From assembly GCA_964476505.1 (NCBI GenBank), contig CAYZAW010000005.1, forward strand, positions 1,205 through 65,204: a DNA stretch of 64,000 nt, given 5' to 3'. Both the position numbers and the translations under genes were made by a program. The DNA comes from an uncultured Oscillospiraceae bacterium (GTDB taxonomy: Bacteria > Bacillota > Clostridia > Christensenellales > CAG-138). Within the stretch, counting starts at the first letter, position 1; each line of letters starts with the position of its first letter. Shown piece after piece: positions 37,824 through 46,463 of the stretch. The notes below the pieces were generated by a model. It saw only the letters and a list, made by a program, of their open reading frames with translations. It ran no database searches and was not told the origin of the DNA.

Positions 37824-39209
37824 ATGAGCAAGATCGTATTCAACGGGCGCAACAACCTGCTGCAGGAGAATTACTACAAATATACCGTACAGGATGTTGC
37901 GGAGCCAAACCTGTTCCCGGAGATGTTCGATTATGAGCAGATCCCAAAAGTCGCGTTCAACAACCGGGTCGTGCCCATGAATATGCCCAACGAAATTTGG
38001 ATCACGGATACCACGTTTCGAGACGGGCAGCAGTCCCGCGCGCCCTTTACGCCGGAGCAGATCACCACGCTGTTTCGCATGCTCAACCGGCTTGGCGGGC
38101 CTAGAGGGCTTATTCGCCAAAGCGAATTTTTCGTGTATTCCGAAACAGACCGCAAGGCACTGTTGCAATGTATGTCCATGGGGTTCGCCTTTCCGGAGGT
38201 GACGGCATGGATCAGAGCCACGGAGAACGACTTTGAACTGATTCGGCAGATCGGCGTAAAAGAGACCGGCATTTTAGTCAGCTGCTCGGATTATCATATC
38301 TTTAATAAGATGAAGCTGACCCGTATGCAGGCGTTGGAAAAATACTTGAATGTGGTGCGCATGGCGCTGGATCGCGGCATTCGCCCCCGCTGCCATTTTG
38401 AGGATATCACCCGGGCAGACTTTTACGGCTTTGTGGTGCCCTTTGCTTATGCGCTGAATCAACTGTCCGAGGAAAGCGGCATCCCCATCAAAATCCGCTG
38501 CTGCGACACCATGGGCTTGGGCGTTTCCTACCCGGGCGTATCGCTGCCCCGCAGTGTGCCCGGCATTATTTACGGCCTGAGCCAGTACGCCAATATCCCC
38601 AGCGACATGATCGAATGGCACGGGCATAACGATTTTTACAAGGTCGTGACCAACGCCGCCTCCGCATGGCTGTACGGCGCGTCGGGCGTGAACTGCTCGC
38701 TTCTTGGCATTGGGGAGCGCACGGGAAACTGCCCGCTGGAGGCCATGGTCATGGAATACTGTGCGCTTCGCGGTACGACCGACGGTATGGATCTTTCCGT
38801 GCTGACGGAGATCGCCGAGTATTTTGAAAAGGAGATCGGCTATGCCATTCCCCCGCGTACGCCCTTTATGGGGCGCGACTTTAACGTGACCCACGCGGGT
38901 ATCCACGCGGATGGGCTGTTGAAGGATGAACGCATCTACAACATTTTTGATACCGGTAAAATACTGAACCGCCCGGTAGCGGTGCGGGTAGACGCACACA
39001 GCGGCTTGGCTGGCGTTGCCCACTGGCTCAACAGTCACTTTGGCTTCACCGGCGAGCAGGCGTTAAAAAAGAGCGACGCCTGCGTTGCTACGATCAAAGC
39101 GCGTATCGACGACATCTATGCCGGCGGGCGCGTTACCACCATGAGCGACGAAGAGCTGACCGCACTTGCAAACGAGCTTGCTCCGGAGTTGTTTGCCGCC
39201 GGGAAATAG
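37824..39209 (+). CDS. HMGL-like aldolase of the homocitrate / 2-isopropylmalate synthase family (Re-citrate-synthase-like)
   Basis: ORF 37797..39209; the start MSKIVFNG at 37824 follows GGAGGG. It has DTTFRDGQQ and HGHNDF metal/substrate motifs. The size and lack of a LeuA regulatory domain resemble clostridial Re-citrate synthase, but that subfamily assignment is inference. Confidence 0.65.
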   Translation: MSKIVFNGRNNLLQENYYKYTVQDVAEPNLFPEMFDYEQIPKVAFNNRVVPMNMPNEIWITDTTFRDGQQSRAPFTPEQITTLFRMLNRLGGPRGLIRQSEFFVYSETDRKALLQCMSMGFAFPEVTAWIRATENDFELIRQIGVKETGILVSCSDYHIFNKMKLTRMQALEKYLNVVRMALDRGIRPRCHFEDITRADFYGFVVPFAYALNQLSEESGIPIKIRCCDTMGLGVSYPGVSLPRSVPGIIYGLSQYANIPSDMIEWHGHNDFYKVVTNAASAWLYGASGVNCSLLGIGERTGNCPLEAMVMEYCALRGTTDGMDLSVLTEIAEYFEKEIGYAIPPRTPFMGRDFNVTHAGIHADGLLKDERIYNIFDTGKILNRPVAVRVDAHSGLAGVAHWLNSHFGFTGEQALKKSDACVATIKARIDDIYAGGRVTTMSDEELTALANELAPELFAAGK

Positions 39210-39334
39210 GCTAAGCGCATGAAAACATGTATTTCCTGCAAACTTGCGCTTTTACCCTTGCCCCCCGAACAGGTTTAAGAGTATAATACTCTTAAACAAC
39301 GGCGCTGTGCGCCGCAAAAAAGGAGGGACTTCCC

Positions 39335-39745
39335 TTGATACGCGTGATTTTTGGCGAACGTGGCGCCGGTAAAACCAAGCAGATCATCAGCATGGCAAAC
39401 GAGGCCGTGAAGGATGCCAAGGGCAGCATCGTATTTATTGACGATGACAACCAATACATGTTCGATCTGAAGCATGAGGTGCGTTTTGTAGACGCTTCCG
39501 AGTTTGAGATCGACGGACCGAAAATGTTTTATGGCTTTTTGTGCGGAATCGCCGCGCAGGATTTTGATCTGGAATACATTTTCATCGACGGCTTCCTGAA
39601 GATCGTGCATCATGATCTGGATACGCTGCAGGGTCTCTTTGAACACTTAAACATGTTTTCCGAGAAGTGCGGCTTAAAAATCGTTATCAGTGTCAGCGGT
39701 GATCCGGAAAAGCTGCCCGAGTTTATCAAGCAGTATGAGGCGTAA
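39335..39745 (+). CDS. Small P-loop NTPase-like protein of unknown function
   Basis: 136 aa, TTG start after AAAGGAGGG. Walker A FGERGAGKT and a Walker-B-like IVFIDDD are present. Confidence 0.5.
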   Translation: MIRVIFGERGAGKTKQIISMANEAVKDAKGSIVFIDDDNQYMFDLKHEVRFVDASEFEIDGPKMFYGFLCGIAAQDFDLEYIFIDGFLKIVHHDLDTLQGLFEHLNMFSEKCGLKIVISVSGDPEKLPEFIKQYEA

Positions 39746-39834
39746 GGCTGCGGAATCATAGCGTTTATTTGATATGCAAAGGCGCGCCTGTGGGTGCGCC
39801 TTTAATAAACAATTTACACACGGAGGATCATTTC

Positions 39835-41307
39835 ATGCGATATTTCAGCACCCGCGGCGGGAACAGCGTTACTGCCGCAGAAGCTATCGTGCGCGGCATC
39901 AGCCCTTCCGGCGGATTGTATGTGCCGGAAGCATATCCAAGGCTGGATGTGGAAACACTGGTTCCCTTTGCGGATAATTATCAACGCATTGCAGCCGCGG
40001 TCATGCAGCCGTATCTGTGCGAGGCCTCCCCTGAAGCGCTAAACGGCATGATCGGCCAAGCTTACGGCAGCCGGTTCGACTGCGCCGCCGTGACCCCCGT
40101 TGTTTCGTTAACGCAAAACGAAAGCGTGCTGGAGCTTTGGCATGGGCCAACGCTGGCCTTTAAGGATATCGCACTGCAAATGCTGCCGCATTTAATGACC
40201 TACGCCGTAAATGAAACCGGCGAAAGCCGCAAGGTATATATCTTGGTCGCCACCTCGGGCGATACGGGCAAGGCTGCGCTGGAGGGCTTTCGGGATGTGC
40301 CGGGCACCATGGTGCAGGTGTTTTATCCGGAGGGCGGCGTAAGCCGCGCTCAGCGCCTGCAAATGGCAACACAAGAAGGAAATAACGTGCATGTTTGCGC
40401 GGTCAGGGGCAATTTTGACGACGCGCAGACGGCGGTAAAACAAATATTTGGCAGCGCCGAAGAAAATGCCAAGGTGGAAGAACGCGGCTGCCGCCTGTCC
40501 TCTGCCAACTCCATCAACTTCGGGCGGCTGCTGCCGCAGATCACCTATTACTTTGCGGCGTACGCAAGGCTTCGCGCAAACGGTACGATAAAAGCAGGCG
40601 AGAAAATCAATTTCTGCGTGCCCACCGGCAATTTCGGCGACATCCTTGCAGGGTATTACGCGCAGCAGATGGGGCTTCCCGTACACCGGTTCCTCTGCGC
40701 CTCCAACCGCAACAACGTACTGACGGATTTCTTCCAAAAAGGGGGATACGACAGCAGGCGGCCGTTCTATAAGAGCATGTCTTGCTCCATCGATATCCTT
40801 GTTTCCTCTAATCTGGAACGCCTGTTGTTCGATATTGCAGACCGCGACTCGAATACTGTACAGGGCTGGATGCGGGCGCTGTCTGGCGAGCAGCATTACT
40901 CCATCAGCCCCGCGCTTCGCGAGGTGTTGGAGCGTTCCTTCTGGGCTTCCTGGTGCTCGGAGGAGGATACGCTTGCCACCGTTAAGGCCGTATTTACACA
41001 AAACGGCTATCTAATGGACCCCCATACGGCGGTAGCGCAGACCGCATACCGGCGGTACGCTGCCGAAACGGGAGATGCTACCCATACGGTGGTGCTTTCC
41101 ACCGCCAGCCCCTTTAAATTCTCCAGCGATGTGCTTCGCGCCTTTGAAGCACCCACGGCGGACGATTTTGAAAACGCCAGACGGTTATCCCAGCTTTCCG
41201 GCCTGCCGGTTCCCGCAAGCATTGCGGGGTTGGAGCAAAAGCCCATCCTGCATGATGCGGTATGCGACCTTTCGGATATGCCAAAACGCGTGTTGGAGGT
41301 CATATGA
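39835..41307 (+). CDS. thrC: Threonine synthase (long form)
   Basis: ORF 39769..41307; the start is MRYFSTRGG at 39835. It has the PLP-lysine motif TLAFKDIALQ and a glycine-rich SSGNTG-like region (ATSGDTGKAA). Confidence 0.9.
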   Translation: MRYFSTRGGNSVTAAEAIVRGISPSGGLYVPEAYPRLDVETLVPFADNYQRIAAAVMQPYLCEASPEALNGMIGQAYGSRFDCAAVTPVVSLTQNESVLELWHGPTLAFKDIALQMLPHLMTYAVNETGESRKVYILVATSGDTGKAALEGFRDVPGTMVQVFYPEGGVSRAQRLQMATQEGNNVHVCAVRGNFDDAQTAVKQIFGSAEENAKVEERGCRLSSANSINFGRLLPQITYYFAAYARLRANGTIKAGEKINFCVPTGNFGDILAGYYAQQMGLPVHRFLCASNRNNVLTDFFQKGGYDSRRPFYKSMSCSIDILVSSNLERLLFDIADRDSNTVQGWMRALSGEQHYSISPALREVLERSFWASWCSEEDTLATVKAVFTQNGYLMDPHTAVAQTAYRRYAAETGDATHTVVLSTASPFKFSSDVLRAFEAPTADDFENARRLSQLSGLPVPASIAGLEQKPILHDAVCDLSDMPKRVLEVI

Positions 41308-42128
41308 TTCGCGTTGCCCTGTGCCAGCTTCTGGTAACGGAAAACAAAGCGGATAATTTAGCCCGGGCACGGCAGCAGCTTTTACGCGCCGCAGACGCGG
41401 GCGCGTCTATGGCGATATTGCCGGAGATGTTTTCCATCGCCTATCGGGCAGAGCTGTTTGCACCTAATGCAGACGACCTGCCCGCAGGCGACAGCTTTAT
41501 GCTGTTAAGCGAAACCGCCCGTGAAACGGGCATGACGGTTATCGGCGGCTCCGTGCCGGAGCGCGAGGGCAAGCATGTGTATAACACCTGTGCCTGCTAC
41601 GGGTCGGACGGCAGCTTGCTGGGCAAATACCGCAAGGCGCATTTGTTCGACGTGAACGTACCGGGCAAATTTCGTTTTTTTGAATCCGAAGCCATCGACC
41701 CGGGGCAAAACCTGCCGCTGATTTTGCACAACGCGCCGGTCAAAACCGGCGTGGGTATCTGCTTTGATATCCGCTTTCCGGAGTGGGGGCGCTATATCAT
41801 GGAAGCCGGTGCGGATCTGTACGCCCTGCCTGCCGCCTTTGCGCGAAATACCGGCCCCCGGCATTGGGAGCTTTTGCTCCGCTCCCGGGCGCTGGACAAT
41901 CAACTGTTCGTAGCGGGGGTCGCACCCGCCCAAACGCCCCATTCTTACGGGCATTCCATACTGGCAACGCCGGACGGCAGGGTACAGTTCGACTGCGGTG
42001 AAAGCGAAGGCGTTTTCGTTGTGCCGTTGGATATGGCGCTTTTACAGGAAATGCGAGCCAGCATTCCGGTCAAGGAAAGACGGAGAACCGATTTGTATCA
42101 CATCCAATATCCGTTAAACGAAGAATAA
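41304..42128 (+). CDS. Carbon-nitrogen hydrolase family protein (nitrilase / omega-amidase-like)
   Basis: ORF 41262..42128; ATG 41304 forms an ATGA overlap with the thrC stop. The E-K-C triad contexts are ILPEMF, YRKAHLF and GVGICFDIRFPE. Confidence 0.85.
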   Translation: MIRVALCQLLVTENKADNLARARQQLLRAADAGASMAILPEMFSIAYRAELFAPNADDLPAGDSFMLLSETARETGMTVIGGSVPEREGKHVYNTCACYGSDGSLLGKYRKAHLFDVNVPGKFRFFESEAIDPGQNLPLILHNAPVKTGVGICFDIRFPEWGRYIMEAGADLYALPAAFARNTGPRHWELLLRSRALDNQLFVAGVAPAQTPHSYGHSILATPDGRVQFDCGESEGVFVVPLDMALLQEMRASIPVKERRRTDLYHIQYPLNEE

Positions 42129-42131
42129 CGC

Positions 42132-42776
42132 ATGGAGCAAAAGAACGAACAACAACCGGAGCGCATCCCAAAGCGCGTGCTATACATCGGCGCGGCGGTT
42201 TTGCTGTGCGCCGTGATTTATGTGTTCGTTGGCATCACCAGTCAGGAACATGCGGCGGTTCCGGCTGCCGCGCAAACCGCCCTCCCCACCCAAACGCCGT
42301 CAACGCCGGTGCCTACCCTTATTCCCTTGGGAAAGACGCTCCCCGTTGTGCTGGATGAGTTAAACGCCCTCGGTATTACCATAACCGAGGTAAACAAAGA
42401 GGCAGGTATATACACCGCAGCGGCGAAAGACTACGCACCCGTAACGCTGATCTTCTCCTTTGAATATCGGTTCGTAACGGCATTTTCTATGCAATTTGAG
42501 CCCTTTGCCGTACAGGAGGACAGCCTGCTTGAGGAAGCGCTTGCAAAGGAGGATGCAGTCCTTCGCTATGAGCACTTGAAGCTGCTGCTTCCGGCGCTGA
42601 TCGACGCAGTTGATCTAAAGGCACGCTTGGACTATGCCGCCAAGCTAAAATGGGTGGAGCTTGCACAATCCGCGCTAACCTCGGGCGAAGCCCAGTCCGA
42701 CAAGCTGGAGGGCTGCGTGTTTTCCGCCTTTCCCTTGACCAGCGGCGAAACGCTGGTTTCGGTATCCTTCTCATGA
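42132..42776 (+). CDS. Hypothetical membrane-anchored protein
   Basis: A single N-terminal TM helix followed by a Pro/Thr-rich linker. No recognisable motif. Confidence 0.4.
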   Translation: MEQKNEQQPERIPKRVLYIGAAVLLCAVIYVFVGITSQEHAAVPAAAQTALPTQTPSTPVPTLIPLGKTLPVVLDELNALGITITEVNKEAGIYTAAAKDYAPVTLIFSFEYRFVTAFSMQFEPFAVQEDSLLEEALAKEDAVLRYEHLKLLLPALIDAVDLKARLDYAAKLKWVELAQSALTSGEAQSDKLEGCVFSAFPLTSGETLVSVSFS

Positions 42777-44629
42777 CGGACGCTGTTGCTTTTCACAAAC
42801 GGCCGCTTCTGGCAGCCGCCTTAGGGCTTCTGACCGGTTTGCTTGTTGGCAGCCGGATGGAAGCCGTTTATTGTTACGTGACCGCCGGCCTCCTCCTAGT
42901 TGTATGCGTTTGTCTGTTTTTTCTGAAGCGCTTTCGTTTACTGCCCTTACTGCTGCTGGCAGTTGTTGGGCTTTTTCGGATTCATGCAGCCATCCCCGCG
43001 TATGAATCCCTGCCGGCTTACGGCGTTGGCGTGCAGGGCACCGTATCTGACGCGCCGGTTCATCAAAGCGGACGCTGGAAGCTTCGTCTTCGCAACGTTA
43101 CCTTAGACGGCACAGCGCTAAAGGGCGACCTTCTTCTCACGCTGTCCGCCGATGATACCGACATCACGCCGCAGTACGGCGATCGAATTGCGCTGACCGC
43201 CGCTGTGTATCCTTTGACCCGCGCCGTAAACGAGGGCAGTTTTGACACTTACGAGTATTATTTAGGTCGTGGCATTGCTGCAACAGCGTATTCTAGCGAC
43301 GCGGACACCCGGCTGCGCCCGGGAACACCTGACATATACGGTGCGCTGCTGTCTTTTCGCAGCCGTATGAAAAGCGCAGTGTATGCGCTTTTAGGCAGCG
43401 ACTATGGCCCGCTTGGGGTAGGGATGCTCTTAGGAGATACCGGCGATATTGACGAGGATGTGTTACAGGACTTTCGCGACGGCGGAATCGCCCATCTGCT
43501 GGCGGTGTCCGGCCTGCATGTAACGCTGCTTTGCGGCGCTTTGTATCTGCTGCTAAAACGTGCCCCGTGGAAAACAAGGTTGTTTGCCATACTCGGGTTT
43601 CTGCTGCTGTACTGCGTGCTAACGGGGTTCGCCCCCTCTGCTATACGCGCGTCTGTTATGTCCGGCTGCCTGTTTCTGTCGCAGGGCGTTCTTAGGCGTT
43701 ACGATCCGCCGTCCTCCTTGGCGCTGGCTTTCATCGTATTAACGCTTTGGAATCCATTCCTGCTGTTCTCTCCGTCCCTGCAACTCTCCTTTGGCGCGGT
43801 AGGCGGCTTGCTATTGCTATCGCCCCTCATCACCCAATGCCTGCAAAAGCTGCCAAACATCCTGCGGGAGGGGCTTTGCGCGTCCTGCGCCGCACAGCTT
43901 GGCATATTGCCCTTTACGGCGACCAAGTTCCACCGGTTCTCCCTGTTTGGCGTATTTATTAACCTGCTGGTGATTCCGTTGGCGGCATTGGTGCTGCTGC
44001 CGTTGATACTCGCCTTGCTGCTGTACTTGGTCTCCCCCGCCCTTGCCATGCCTGTTGGGCAGATCGCAAGGGTAACGCTGGTTTTGATCAGAAGCGCCGC
44101 CAGCCTTTCCGCACGCTTTGGCACGATTGCGCTTCCCGCCTTTTCCCTTGGCGCAACGGCGCTTTATGCAGCCGCCTGCGTATTTTGCTCGCCGCTTTGC
44201 CTGCTGCAAGCCCGGTATAAAGCATTTCTATCTGTTCTTTGCCTGCTGCTTTCGGTTTTGCTGGTACTGCTGCCTGTCGCGCTTCGGCCTTCGGAATACA
44301 TCAGCGTACTGTCCGTAGAAGAAGGGTACGCCATCCATATACACACCGCAAACGAAGATACGCTGTTGACCGATGGCAACCCTTCCGCCGAATACGCCGC
44401 TTTGCGCTACGCAGAAGCCTTGTGCCTTACCTACGATACGCATACGGTCAGCCGGGAGCCGCAGGCGCTGGTAGAATTGGGAAACACGGCTGTTCGCGTT
44501 ATGGAAAATCTGGTGCAGGTAAACGGCGTTGTTTACAGTTTGAAAGACAACGGACGCATACGCGTCAGCCTGCGGCAGGGGTCGCCATTCGTGAGCGCGT
44601 ATGCTATACTGAATGAAAGAGTTAACTGA
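42773..44629 (+). CDS. comEC: ComEC/Rec2-family DNA internalisation channel protein (C-terminal MBL nuclease domain degenerate or absent)
   Basis: ORF 42650..44629; ATG 42773 forms an ATGA overlap. It has a DUF4131-like N-terminus and the Competence-domain hallmark GIAHLLAVSGLHV. The C-terminal ~110 aa lack an HxHxDH motif. Confidence 0.8.
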   Translation: MTDAVAFHKRPLLAAALGLLTGLLVGSRMEAVYCYVTAGLLLVVCVCLFFLKRFRLLPLLLLAVVGLFRIHAAIPAYESLPAYGVGVQGTVSDAPVHQSGRWKLRLRNVTLDGTALKGDLLLTLSADDTDITPQYGDRIALTAAVYPLTRAVNEGSFDTYEYYLGRGIAATAYSSDADTRLRPGTPDIYGALLSFRSRMKSAVYALLGSDYGPLGVGMLLGDTGDIDEDVLQDFRDGGIAHLLAVSGLHVTLLCGALYLLLKRAPWKTRLFAILGFLLLYCVLTGFAPSAIRASVMSGCLFLSQGVLRRYDPPSSLALAFIVLTLWNPFLLFSPSLQLSFGAVGGLLLLSPLITQCLQKLPNILREGLCASCAAQLGILPFTATKFHRFSLFGVFINLLVIPLAALVLLPLILALLLYLVSPALAMPVGQIARVTLVLIRSAASLSARFGTIALPAFSLGATALYAAACVFCSPLCLLQARYKAFLSVLCLLLSVLLVLLPVALRPSEYISVLSVEEGYAIHIHTANEDTLLTDGNPSAEYAALRYAEALCLTYDTHTVSREPQALVELGNTAVRVMENLVQVNGVVYSLKDNGRIRVSLRQGSPFVSAYAILNERVN

Positions 44630-44641
44630 TTGGGAGACGCT

Positions 44642-45640
44642 ATGGAATACGCCCGTTTTTTTGCATTGATCAAGCAAAATGCGCTTTGCGGCGCCTATTT
44701 GCTGCATGGCACGGAGGAATACATCAAGGCCATTGCCATAACGCAGTTGATCGACACCATCCCCGAGGCAGCACGGGAATTGAATGCGCAAACGTTGACT
44801 GCTCCGGACGCTTCGCAGGTGATCTCCGCCTGCGAAACGCTGCCGTTTTTTGCTGACCGGCGCGTTGTGATCGTGAAGGAATGCCAAACAGCGGAGCTGG
44901 CAAAGCTGAAGGAGTATATCCCCGCCGTGCCACCAAGCACCGTACTGGTGCTGTATCACCGAGGCGAGTTTGCCAACGCGCAGAGCGCCGTGTTGAAATA
45001 CCTTACCAAAGAAGACCGGGTGATCAAGTGTGATCCGCTGCTAGAGGACGAAGCCGTGCGCTGGGTATTAACGCAGGCACAGCGCATGTCGCTTTTAATA
45101 GAGCCCGCCGTAGCTCGGCACTTGGTGGTGCTTTCAGGCACTGACATCAGCACCCTGTATAACGAGCTGCAAAAGCTCAGCAGCGGCGTGGAGCCTGGAA
45201 TGCCGGTCACCTCGGCGCTATTGCAGGCGGTTGTATCCCCCAACATCGAGTACAAAATGTTCAATATGCTAAACAGCTTTTTGGTGGGGAAAAAGAGCGA
45301 CGGGCTTCGCGCCATGCGGCAGATCGTAAAGGAAAGCCCCAAGGACATCAGCGCCATGATCGGCTTTTTTACCAATCAGTTCCGCCAGCTTTACTTAGCC
45401 AAGCAGCTGTTAAACACCAAATGCCAAGAGCAGGACGCCGTAAAGCGCATGGGAGGCAACCCGTATGCCGCCTCCAAAGCATTGCAAAATGCCAAGCGAT
45501 TGTCTAACGAACAGATATCCGCAGGCTTGCATGCCTTTTGCGGCGCAGGCATACAGTTCAAAACCGGCGCGGCAACAGACATTCAAGCGCTGGAGCTGGC
45601 AGTTCATGCCGCTTTTCCTAATAAGCGCGCCGCTATGTAA
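44642..45640 (+). CDS. holA: DNA polymerase III delta subunit
   Basis: About 332 aa with the N-terminal YLLHGTEEY pattern. It sits in the conserved position immediately downstream of comEC. Confidence 0.8.
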   Translation: MEYARFFALIKQNALCGAYLLHGTEEYIKAIAITQLIDTIPEAARELNAQTLTAPDASQVISACETLPFFADRRVVIVKECQTAELAKLKEYIPAVPPSTVLVLYHRGEFANAQSAVLKYLTKEDRVIKCDPLLEDEAVRWVLTQAQRMSLLIEPAVARHLVVLSGTDISTLYNELQKLSSGVEPGMPVTSALLQAVVSPNIEYKMFNMLNSFLVGKKSDGLRAMRQIVKESPKDISAMIGFFTNQFRQLYLAKQLLNTKCQEQDAVKRMGGNPYAASKALQNAKRLSNEQISAGLHAFCGAGIQFKTGAATDIQALELAVHAAFPNKRAAM

Positions 45641-45899
45641 GCAGGCGCAGCAATTCCTCCATCCGCTTCCTTTGCGCTTCATCCATCATAGGAAGAAGCG
45701 TTTTTTTTATTGTTTCTATACGCGCCGCATCCAACCGGCCTGCCGCCCGTTCATTGTTGACCATGCCCTGCAGGGTGCTGATCAGCTCCCCCTCGCTTTT
45801 CCCCGCGTATTGATTTACCACCTGTTCCACGTTCTTTGCAGCGTCTCCCATGTCCGGCGCGGGCGTGTTGATCTTATCGTTTTGAAAGAAATTTTGCAT
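45633..45899 (-). CDS. Small hypothetical protein
   Basis: ORF 45633..45956; the start MQNFFQND at 45899 follows GGGGGAT. No recognisable motif. Confidence 0.4.
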   Translation of the reverse strand: MQNFFQNDKINTPAPDMGDAAKNVEQVVNQYAGKSEGELISTLQGMVNNERAAGRLDAARIETIKKTLLPMMDEAQRKRMEELLRLLT

Positions 45900-46002
45900 A
45901 CTATCCCCCTGTTGCGTTTTTATAATACTATGCTGGAGGCATCCGCTTCTGTTCACATCGTATGCGGCAATGCATAGTATAGCAATATCGGGAGGTAGCA
46001 GT

Positions 46003-46410
46003 ATGCCACGTTTTTCTCCGCAAGCGCCGCCAGACGGGCAGCCATCCTATCCGCCGGCTATGATACAGCAGCCCTGCGGCGGTTGGAAAACGCCCTCGGC
46101 AGCCATTGCCTTGGGGCAGCATATTCAGCGCGAATGCGGCATGCAGGGATTGCGCCGGTACATCTGCGCTATGACGGAATTCTTAAGCTTTGATGAATGT
46201 ACACAGCTGGCAAAGGCGTTTGGCCTTTCCCCGGATATCTGCCGCCCGGAGCCGCCGCCGCCACCCCCGCCTCCGCCACCTGAGCCGCCCAGCAGTAACA
46301 ATCAGATGCAAATGCTGCAAATGATGATGCAGTTGATGGGCTCCGGCGGCGGTGGAAGCTCCAATGCCTTAGCGCCGCTGCTGCTTTCCCAGCTGATGGG
46401 CGGAAAATAA
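46003..46410 (+). CDS. Hypothetical Pro/Gln/Met-rich low-complexity protein
   Basis: ORF 45970..46410; the start MPRFSPQ at 46003 follows GGGAGG. It contains the PEPPPPPPPPPPEPP tract and a QMQMLQMMMQLMGSGGGG tail. Confidence 0.45.
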   Translation: MPRFSPQAPPDGQPSYPPAMIQQPCGGWKTPSAAIALGQHIQRECGMQGLRRYICAMTEFLSFDECTQLAKAFGLSPDICRPEPPPPPPPPPPEPPSSNNQMQMLQMMMQLMGSGGGGSSNALAPLLLSQLMGGK

Positions 46411-46415
46411 AAAAG

Positions 46416-46447
46416 CGTCCGTAGGGTTTTACCCTTGCGGACGTTTT
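46416..46447. terminator. Bidirectional terminator hairpin
   Basis: CGTCCGTAGGGT-TTT-ACCCTTGCGGACG followed by TTTT, between convergent stops at 46410 (+) and 46464 (-). Confidence 0.65.
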
Positions 46448-46463
46448 CTATTTCTATACGCTG

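Noticed and set aside
38274-41001. Minus-strand ORFs of 254 aa (38274..39038) and 269 aa (40192..41001)
   Set aside because: They are antisense to the HMGL-family synthase and to thrC respectively, and have no motifs.
44228-44959. A 243-aa minus-strand ORF spanning the comEC/holA junction
   Set aside because: It crosses two well-supported + strand genes and has no recognisable domain.
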